From: Azolla caroliniana
Lineage: Eukaryota; Plantae; Polypodiophyta
Length of the DNA: 64,000 nucleotides
Direction: 5' to 3'
Assembly: GCA_043228905.1 (NCBI GenBank)
Contig: JBHGNT010000014.1
Span: 16,306,001-16,370,000, forward strand
Below, piece by piece: positions 12,207-21,882 of this stretch. The position numbers and the translations under genes are program-made. The number at the start of each line of letters is the position of its first letter. The stretch's first letter is position 1. The notes below the pieces were generated by a model. It searched no databases, was not told where the DNA came from, and worked only from the letters and a program-made list of their open reading frames with translations.

Positions 12207-13029
12207 AGGGGGAGTTTGTTGGGATTTCGGTCCCTCCGGATGGGATGTCCGGAGATGAATGACGGCAAGCCCGGTTGCGGTTACGGAACCGGATGATGAA
12301 GAGTACCCGGCATGAAGCCGGATAAAGAGTACCCGGATACGGAGCCGGATGATGAAGACCCCGGTTACGGAGCCAGATGCTGAAGACCCCGGTTATGAAG
12401 CCGGATAAAGAGTACCCGGATACGGAGCCGGATGATGAAGACCCCGGTTACGGAGCCGGATGCTGAAGACCCCGGTTACGGAGCCGGATGACGAATGTAC
12501 CCGGATACGGAGCCGGATGATGAAGACCCCGGTTACGGAGCCGGATGACGAATGTACCCGGAGAGAGATCCGGATGCGGGGACATATTTGTGAATATGTT
12601 TGCCAAGAGCCCTTGAGGCTATATTTGTAAATAGCCCAAAAGTCATATGTGTATAAATATGACTTAGGGCAAACAGTTTTATGTTGTTGTTGCTCATTTT
12701 CTGTTTTCCACGAAGAGGGAGCGAAGTGAGAGCAGCCGAGAGAGTGTGAGAGACGAAGAGGTCGTTGCCTCAGTGTATTACCGCCGCCTGTGGCGAAGAC
12801 TGTGAGCTCAAGGTTGTTGCCTTGTAGCTTCATCATTGTACATCTCTGCATATAGTGATAGTTGGAGTTTGAGGACTCCCGTGGTTTTTCCCACTTAGGG
12901 TTTTCCACGTAAAATATCCTGTGTACTCTTCTCCCCATTATCTTCGTGTATTTTGTAATTCCTGTTTTCTGAAAGTTAATCCTATTTCTCGGTTGTGGCC
13001 GAGCACTGCGTGTAACAACTCCGCCTTGC

Positions 13030-16000
13030 TCACGCTCCTCGTCCGGTCCGGTCCCGTTTGCCGCGACCCCTTTGGTTCTGCGCGCCTCGACCCTCTCGGT
13101 CGGCATGTCTGCTCAATAGGCCCATCTCAGCACTCACGTTGCTGTGACTCCGGCGCTTGCCGATCCGTCGGATCTCCCACGATGGCATCGACTTCCGCTG
13201 TGTCTGTGTCCTCTTGGCCTTCAGTCGATCCGACTCATCCGGATCCATCTGTTGATCCAAGTCAGCTGTCTCTGACTCGTTCCAGCTCTTGTCTGAATCG
13301 GTACACTCCGATTCGACTTCCGGCTTCAAGCCTCTCACCACATCAGACCACTTCCGAGTCTTGGCCTTCTCTATGCTTCCCTCGGCTTCTTCAGCCGGTG
13401 AACCGAAATCGAATTCTTCATTCGACTTCGCATCATGGTCAGTACCGTCGTGATGACCTCCGCACATCATGCACTTCTCTTCCTGAGTGCACAACTCTTC
13501 TTCACAACCGCTTGCTCCGACCTGTTCGGATGTGTCGGCTTCCTTCATCTTCTTGTCTCCTCTTCTTCCGGTTCTCCTCTTACCGACGGGTTCAACAATT
13601 TTTTGGCCTTTGCCCGTTTCGGTAGAGACTTTGCCCTTGCTTCTCCCCCTCAAGTGTGGCACGTCAAGATGCTGAATACCAAGCATGTCGGTAAAGTGCT
13701 GCAACTTGTCCAATCCGAGCGGCTTGGTGAAGATGTCGGCAACTTGCCGATCCGTATGAACATACCGTAGGTCAACTTCACCGCTCAGGACCCGCTCACG
13801 CACGAAGTGGTAGTGCACCTCGATGTGCTTTGTGCAAGCATGGAACACAGGGTTCCTGGCGAGCTGCAAGCTGCTCATGTTATCGCAGTAAATCGGGATC
13901 CGGGTCGGTACCTCGATCCGCAATTCTCGCAGTAGTCGCTGAAGCCAGATGGCTTCACAAGTGGCAACGGTAGCGGCCCGATACTCAGCCTCAGTGCTTG
14001 ACAAAGCCATTGTGGGCTGCTTCCTGCTGCTCCACGCAACGGCCGCCCTACCTATGGAGAACATGTATCCGGAAGTGGAGCGGCGATTAGACACATCGTC
14101 GGCCCAGTCAGCATCTGTGTAACCGACAAGCTCTTCGGGTATACCCCGCCGGTATAGCAGTCCCCGGTCCTTAGTGCCGCTGACATACCGTAATATTCGT
14201 TGCGCGCACTGAAGGTGCTCCACGGTCGGCTTCTGCATGAACTGACTTACCATGCCGACCGGATAGCTGATGTCGGGTCGGGTGATGGCTAAGTAGATCA
14301 GGCTTCCGACAACCTGTCGGAACCGTTTCTCATTGTAGGCCGGTTCGGAGTTGGGACGGAGCTTCTGGTTCCGGTCCAAGGGTGTGGAGACAGGTCGGCA
14401 ATCCGTCATGCCGAACTTATACAGCATATTCAACACGTAATGTCGTTGTGAGAGCAATATGTCGTCGGGGGTCCGGATCAGTTCGATCCCAAGAAAATAA
14501 TGAAGGTCCCCCAGGTCCTTCATTTCGAATGCGTCCGACAACTGGGACTTGACGCGGTTGATTTCGGGAAGACCCGGTCCGGTGATGACTAAATCATCCA
14601 CATACAAGAGTATACATACCGGACCGTCAGAGCCTTGCCGGATGAAGAACGAAGAGTCCGACTTAGAGACAGCAAACCCCAGCTTACGCAACTGGTGCGT
14701 GATCTTCGCGTTCCACACTCGGGGGGCTTGCTTCAAGCCGTAAAGCGACTTCTTCAGTCGGCATACCGCCGACTTGTTCATCTCCGATTGAAATCCGGGG
14801 GGCTGAGTCATAAAGACTTCTTCTTCAAGCTCTCCTTGAAGGAAGGCGTTCTTCACATCCATCTGGTGAAGATGCCACCCCCTTGCCGTAGCAACCGCCA
14901 GTACCACATGAACCGTCGTCATCTTCGCCACAGGAGCGAAGGTCTCGTCGTAGTCGATTCCGTGGGTCTGTGCGTATCCCTTCGCCACTAACCGGGCTTT
15001 GTACCGGTTAACAGAACCGTCGGCGTTGTACTTGACCTTGTACACCCACTTGCATCCGATCGGTTTACAGTGACGAGGAGGATCAACTAGGTCCCAAGTT
15101 TCGTTGGCATCGAGTGCACGCATTTCTTCGTCCATAGCGGCACGCTAATTTGCGTCCTTTGCCGCTTCTGCGTAGCTCTCCAACTCACGCACTTCTGTCA
15201 CCTTAGTCATGTACGCATAATGATGCGCCATGTATTCATTGTACCCGTACCGCATGACGGGATCCTTCTGGCGGGTTGATCGGCGCAACACACCGTAACC
15301 TGATTTGAGTCCCTTCTTGGCCAGTTCGGTCTTCGTTGCCGAAGATCCGCCTTTTTCTTTTCCGGAGTCGGATACGTACCGATCCGACTCATCGTTGCCG
15401 GTTTCGAATTCCGGCATCTTCCTCTTCCCCTTCTCTTTGCGCGTGAACCGTTTCCTCAGTGCCTTGCGCGGGGAGAGCACGACAGAGTCTCCACCACTTG
15501 CCGTCTCTTCATCCGACTGGTCCAACCGACTCAGTCGCTCGTTCGGTCCACTCAACCGTAACGATTCCGGACTCTCATCTTGAGTCCCGGCTTCATCATC
15601 CTCTGCCAGGGCTGATTCAGGCTCACTGGCCTGATCTTCTGGCATTGGGTCGGGATCGGAAGTCGGAGTCGGTACGGAGTACCAAGATGCTGATTCATCG
15701 AACTCAACATCCCGGCTAACTCGGACTTCCTTCGTCTAGGGGTTATAGCACTTATACCCCTTTTGCTCTTGAGCATAGCCGACTACGATGCATTTTTCCG
15801 ATTTTGCATCCACCTTTCTCCGCTTCTGATCCGGCACATGCACATACGCTATGCTGCCGAATATCCAAAGGTGTCTTAAGTTCGGCTTGCGCCCGAAATA
15901 CAGCTCATGAGCTGACACCTTGTCACCAATGCAGTTTTGTATGTAGACGGTCGTCTGGACCACCTTCGCCCAGTAGAACCGGGGCATGCTCTTCTCCTCC

Positions 16001-17952
16001 AGCATTGCCCTTGCCCCTTCGACGAGTGTCCGGTTCTTCCTTTCGGCCACACCGTTTTGCTCCGGTGTGTATCTGCAGCTGAACTCTCGCCGAATTCCCA
16101 TCTGCTGCAGATAACTAGTGAATTGGCCGGAAAAATATTCCTTTCCGCCATCCGACCGAAGGCATTTGATCTTCCTCTCTGATTCCCGTTCCACCATCTT
16201 CTGGAGGCTCCGGAAACAGTCGAAGACTTCGCTCTTCCGCTCAATGAGGTAGATCCAAGTATGTCGAGTATAGTCGTCAATGAAGGAGACGAAGTATCGG
16301 CTCCCGCCAAGGCTTACACTTTGTGCCGGTCCCCACACATCCGAATGGATGAGATCGAGCTTGTTACGGCTCCGGTTCCGTTCGGTGGGGAATGGAAGCC
16401 GGTGTTGCTTCCCAAGTTGGCAGGCTTCACAAATTTCGGTTCTCCGGCCGCTAAACTTCGGCAAACCGAAAACGACTTGTTTGGTTTGCAGGTCTTGAAG
16501 CCTCCGGTAGTTGACGTGGCCTATCCGCTTGTGCCACAGGTCGATGTCCGACTCGACCTTCTGTCGTTCCACGAACAGAGCGGTGCCAAAGTCATTGGTG
16601 TTGAGGATAAACATCCTCCCGTCTCTGCGCCCTTGCGCAATGACTTCGCCCTCATCCTCAATGAAGCACCCGAGGTGCGTAAACCGCACCTGCATCCCTT
16701 GGTCGACAATCTGACCGACGGACACCAGGTTCTTCGTGATTGTCGGAACGTGTAATACGTTCATCAGCTTCCCTTTCTGTCCGACGTGGCTTAGAGGGAC
16801 TTCTCCGACGTGCACGATTGTGTGAGGAGTGGCGTCTCCGGTTTCGACTACTCCTGGTTGATCCGGTTTCTCCAGAAAGGAGAACCACTCTTTCTGGCTC
16901 GTCATGTGGTTCGACGCGCCGGAATCAACATACCACACTTCCTCCGTTTTGGAAGTGGTCTTCTTCATTGAGTTTGCCTTGTGATTCATCACCAAGGTTG
17001 GCCCCTTACCGGCCTTTCCGGTTCCAGATCCTCCTGATCCGTTTGCGTAGTGCAAGTTTTGCCGGCCATCCTTACCGATCTTGCCGGATCCGGATTTGTC
17101 CGAATCGGCACGCTTTCTCCAGCACTCGCTTTCCCTGTTGCCTTTTTTGCCACAATACCAGCATTCTGTAGCGGATTTGTCTTGCCGGCCTCCGGCACCG
17201 CCTTGACTCCCCCTACTTGTGGAAGTCCCGGAACTGCTGTCAGCACGCTCATAGTGCCTCCGTTCCTGCTCTTGCCGGCCGCCTCCATTGCGTGCCGACC
17301 CACCTCTTCCACCACGCCCACAGAGCCGATCCGTTCCCGTGTATAGCATTCGGTTGTCCGGGGATGCACTGTTAGATGCACCGGCGTGGTTCTCCTCTAC
17401 AAGGAGCATCGACTATAAGTCGAAGAATGAGGGGGTATTCTCCCTTGTACACACCGCAGTCCGGAACGCTCCGAACTTGGACGTCAGGCCTCCGAGACAT
17501 ACCTGCACCATCTCGTCTTCCTCTACGGTAACATTGATAGAGGCGAGCGAGTCGCAGATCTCCTTTATCCGGCCCGTGGAGTCTGCCACGGACATGTTCT
17601 TTTGTCAAACATTGCTCAACTCCTGTCTGAGTTGCAGCTTCCGGGCAGTGGTGCTTGCGGCGAAAACCTTTTTCAGGTTCCCCCAAGCATCCTTCGGTGT
17701 CTTGGCGTCACGGATGTGGCTGAGCAGCTGATCGCCGACACTGGACGCGAAGCAGTACATCACCCTGCTTGCCGCTTGTTCCCATACCGGGAAGTCCTTG
17801 TGTGCCGAGTCTGGCGCCGCATCATTCGCTCCTTCGACAAAACTCCAGTACCCGTGTCCAAGCAGGTACTGGTGCATCTTGTAAGACCAGGATGCGTAGT
17901 TGCTCCTGTCGAGCTTCTCCACCGGGAGCGACGTAGCCATGCCTCTATCCAT
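13030..17952 (-). pseudogene. Copia C gag-pol, broken into at least 5 ORFs by stops and frameshifts
   Basis: 17952-17605 and 17595-17413 gag; 17409-15736 knuckle, PR, GAG-pre-integrase, integrase; 15645-15145 linker; 15135-13030 RT (LYVDDL), RNase H and C-terminal extension. Confidence 0.88.
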
Positions 17953-18082
17953 GTCTTCTACTGTGTCTGTTTTCGACCTGTTAGGGTTTTCTTCTCAAGA
18001 GTAAATGTCTGTAGCAGAGGTTCTCAACCCTCGCGCTCTGATACCATGAAAACGTAAGTGTTTGCGGAAGCGTAAAACAGAG

Positions 18083-18124
<42 letters not shown>

Positions 18125-20341
18125 CAGAGAGAGCAGAACGTAATTTCAAAATTATATCAAGACTTTGTATACACACTGTGCTAAGTAGCACTATTTATAC
18201 AAGTCCTCTTGGGACTAACAGAAGTACCATGTACTTCAATGCTCACACGAGCATCTGACACTTACTACGAGACTATAGCTACCTAGTAGTCTATCCTATA
18301 CTAGGCTTCCGATTGGACTTCCGGTTACGGATTGCACCCAGCCTCCACTGCTTGCCGGTTCAGTTGCTCACCGTTCATACCGATCCGTTTTGCCCGATCC
18401 GTCTCGCTTACCGGCTCCGGCTTATTCAGCCGATCCGGCTCCGGTTGAGCTTGCCGCTCAACAAATCTGAAGCTCCGCCCAACTTTGGAACGCATGCAAC
18501 CCAAAAAGTTTCCGCCAAACAGTCGAAAGCCTCATATATCTAACCATCACCCGGCCGGACCTCAGCTATCCGATTGGACTGATTAGTCAATTTATGGCTC
18601 ATTCAACGCTAAGTGCATGCCCATGTGTCTTCGTATGACACAACGCATCGGACCGTGAAGAAGATTTTGGGAGAGTATCTCTCCGGTGGCTGAGACAATC
18701 GTTCAAACCATCTTGGGATGATTGAGGTCGTCGTATCATCACTGATGATCATCTCTTGAGTAGTTGATCCACTTTATGGGTCGCTACTTAGGCTGCTCTT
18801 TGAGTTAGCTTGACCCGTGGTGGCGGCTTGCCATGTTGCCGCTCTAGTGTGTTGTGCTAGGCTATCAAGAGAAATCAAGGCGTCCTAAAAAGTGACTCTT
18901 ATGACTTCAATTTGTAGTCGGTTTGTGCATCTCTGACTCGTTGAAAACGACGTCCGAACTTTGGATGATTTGCCTGTTTAACAAAGGAAAACACATTTCC
19001 GAGATCGTGGCTCAAGCTTTTGATGATCATCCTTAGGCACAAGTGTGAATGCTTCACAACCAAAAATACGTAGCTTCTCATAATTCGGCCTCTAGCCAGT
19101 CTAGAGCTCCTGCGGAATATGAAGTCCTAGAAGCCTACTTGGGAACATGTTGATTATGTGCACTGCAGTGAGTAGTGCCTCAGCCCAGAAACCATTCGAT
19201 AGTTCAACAAGTTGCATCATGGTGACAAATCGTTCCTGAATTGTCCAATTCATGCGTTTTGCAACGCCGTTTTGTTTTAGACTATATGGAGTTGTCAGCT
19301 CTCATCTGATCCCACATTGTCAGAAATATTTGATGAATTCGTGGAGTGGAATTCTCCACCATTATCCGGTCTTAAGCATTTCAACTTTGGGCCTGATTGA
19401 TTTTCAACCATTGCAAGCCACTCTTGAAAGATCGTGAACACTCGATCGTTGGTTTTGATCATATACGCCCACACTTTTCTTGTTGAGTCATCAATAAACG
19501 TGAAGATGTAGGAGGAGCCGCCAAGAAACTAATGTGGCATCGGGCTATAGACGTCCGAATAGACTAAGTCAAGGGACTCAACTCTCTTGGCTCTCTTGTT
19601 GGGTGTGAGACATCAATCTATTTGCCGTATTGGCAGTGCACACAGAACTGGTGGTCAGAGAATAAGAGTTTGGGGATGTATTCGGCTTTGGATAAATGCG
19701 TAATGCCGGCCTTGCAGAGGTGTCTGAGTCGGCCGTGCCACAATGATGACACAGGAATGTTGACCAGAAACAAGTCCCCCTCTCTTAGTGTGGACTATAG
19801 AGGGTACATGGAATGTACTTTTTGTCTTCGAGCAAGCCGGTGTCGCGAAGTTTCGCGCGCGCGTGTTACTTGGGTGGGACCATTGGGGTCTTGGACTAGG
19901 GAGTACTCAAGGGATAGAGAAGACCCGAGGTTTGCTTTACGACAATACTATTTCCCGACCCCTTCCTGAGCAAGGACTCATTGCCCTTTGTTTTGTGAGG
20001 CCAGTGGCTCTCGTTGATCACGACTCGTCGACCTTTCGAGATCACCACATGAGCCAAGTGATCAAAGTGGTACAAGCAAGATGAACACACAAGGGGACAA
20101 TAACACAAACACGAATGCATGTACGTCTTTATGAGGAGGAGAGGTGCATGGGCACGCCCGAACGCTCCCTCGTCACAAGACGTCGAACATACGAGTGTCA
20201 TGATATGGCAAGACTCGAACCCATGACCTTATGGTATATGGGTCGAGCTCTTAACCATCACACCATCTATTGTAATTCATATGATATTATTTTCATTTAT
20301 GTTTAATTATAAGAAAGTAATGTATATTCCAGATTTCTCTG

Positions 20342-20359
20342 GAACATTCTAGAAGTTTC
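20342..20359 (+). promoter_or_regulatory. Perfect 4-unit heat-shock element in chromovirus LTR (also 26355-26372)
   Basis: GAAcaTTCtaGAAgtTTC, about 20 bp upstream of TATAAAAG at 20380. Confidence 0.7.
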
Positions 20360-20724
20360 AGGATTACTCCTGACAACACTATAAAAGAAAGCACTAGGCA
20401 TTATGTTGAACCAAATTGGTTCAACGCCAGTCTTAAGCCTCTCAGCCGCTTTGTACTTATCTTTTCACATAATATATTAGTTGTTGTCATCATCTTTCTC
20501 TCTCTCTCTCTCTCATCCTCGCTATCTCTCTCTCTCTCTCCTCTTCTCACTTCCTTTCTCGGGAATCTTACGCAGTCCCGTCCTCTTAGTACTAATAGTA
20601 CTACTCTTCTTAGTACTAATTCCATCTTTGCTTTAGTGCTATTCCTGACAGTTTGAACCAATTTCTTCCTTTCCTCCAGCCTACTTGTCGTTCTCCCTCA
20701 TCCTCCTACCCTTTTCCCTATACT

Positions 20725-21882
20725 ATGGCTACTGTTAGCGCCCAAGAATATCAATCCGTTTTCTCCGAGTTACAGTGCCTAAAAGAAAAGTTTGTTGCCC
20801 TGGAACAAGAAAACCAACGGTTGATAGGGGATCTGCAACAAATCGCTCTCGAAAAACAACAAACGCAACAACAACATGGGGAGTTAGCATTACTGGTACA
20901 ACAACTCGAAGCAGCGTTGCAACAACAAGGATCAAGTCCCCAAGGATTTCATAAAGAACCCAAGATTGGACTTCCTGTGAAATTTGATGGAACGCGATCG
21001 CAATTCCGGGGATTCCTTAATCAGGTACGCTTAGTCATCCAGATGCATCCTTCCCGATATCCCACTGATGCATCTCGAGTCGGCCTAATAGGCACGTTAC
21101 TTAGCAGCTCAGCCTTGGCATGGTTCGCTCCGCTTCTAGAAAAACAATCACCCTTGCTTAATAACTTTGAAGATTTTATTGGTGAGTTTAAAGCCTGCTT
21201 TGGAGATATCGATAGCATCAGGACGGCGATCAACAAGATCCGAAGATTGCGTCAAGGCGATCGTCCAGCCTCTGCCTACGCGGCGGATTTCCGTCTACTC
21301 GCCTCAGATATTCCCTGGGATGATCAGGCCCTCATGGAGCAGTTTCGCTACAGCTTGCGCAATGATGTCAAAGATCTGCTTTTAACCTTCCCCGAAGAAC
21401 CAAAGTCTCTTACGGAGGCAATCAGTCGAGCGATCCGATGCGACAACCGCCTTTTCGAACGGTGTTCAGAGCGTCAGTTACAAATACCACGCTCTCGGCC
21501 AGAACCCACATACGCCTCAGTCACGGCTAAACCGTTTGCATGCGATGTACCCCAAGCCAATATTCCGACACCGATGGAGATCGACACCATGCGTCGACGC
21601 GGCCCGTTATCGGAAGAAGAAAAGCAACGACGATGTGCCAATCGATTATGTCTTTATTGCGGTGGACCAGGGCATATCGCCATCAATTGTCCCCATAGGC
21701 CAAGAAGACAGGTAAATCAAATCGTCGCTTGTACTAAACCCGAGTCAATTCTTCCCTTCGGAGTGTCTGATAGTATTAATAGTACTAATAGAGTGTCAGA
21801 TAGTATTCATAGTACTAATAGCCCAAGTATCTCAAACAAATTTGAAATCCTTAGTCAATTAGATGAAGAGTTAAATGATTGA
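20725..21882 (+). CDS. Chromovirus Gag (retrotransposon gag domain plus CCHC knuckle)
   Basis: Open frame from ATG 20725; PVKFDG, LRQGDRPASAYAADF, PMEID, CLYCGGPGHIAINC. Confidence 0.85.
   Translation: MATVSAQEYQSVFSELQCLKEKFVALEQENQRLIGDLQQIALEKQQTQQQHGELALLVQQLEAALQQQGSSPQGFHKEPKIGLPVKFDGTRSQFRGFLNQVRLVIQMHPSRYPTDASRVGLIGTLLSSSALAWFAPLLEKQSPLLNNFEDFIGEFKACFGDIDSIRTAINKIRRLRQGDRPASAYAADFRLLASDIPWDDQALMEQFRYSLRNDVKDLLLTFPEEPKSLTEAISRAIRCDNRLFERCSERQLQIPRSRPEPTYASVTAKPFACDVPQANIPTPMEIDTMRRRGPLSEEEKQRRCANRLCLYCGGPGHIAINCPHRPRRQVNQIVACTKPESILPFGVSDSINSTNRVSDSIHSTNSPSISNKFEILSQLDEELND

Larger units (their letters stand above)
7298..13017 (+). mobile_element. Intact, very young Ty1/copia retrotransposon B (Tnt1/Tork-like)
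   Basis: LTRs 7298-8098 and 12217-13017 (801 bp each, TG...CA, one visible substitution); TSD ACTCC; PBS TGGTATCAGAGC 8102-8113; PPT GAAGGGGGAG 12205-12214. Confidence 0.97.
6810..18463 (-). mobile_element. Near-full-length Ty1/copia element C (5' LTR 18047-18463, 3' LTR 6810-7208) with disrupted gag-pol
   Basis: Two LTRs differing by about 7 substitutions plus GA-repeat length; PBS-iMet (rc CGCGCTCTGATACCA 18032-18046); PPT rc 7209-7220; TSD AATGT/AATCT. Confidence 0.92.
1326..18660 (+). mobile_element. Degenerate Ty1/copia host element A (gag knuckle, PR, INT, RT), interrupted by three insertions; no LTRs seen
   Basis: WYCGKKGHQESEC knuckle, VWYVDSGASNHMT protease, integrase 3300-3848/5373-5480, RT 5944-6809 (LHQMDVK, LKQAPRTW, LYVNDL); reading continues across each insertion and resumes at 18464 (NLKLRP); many stops and frameshifts. 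Confidence 0.85.

Noticed and set aside
8019-12268. Many overlapping antisense ORFs in copia B and C
   Set aside because: Expected shadows of GC-rich coding sequence.
20205-20272. Calling the tRNA-like modules true tRNA genes
   Set aside because: Acceptor, anticodon and T stems do not pair properly; kept only as promoter-box findings.
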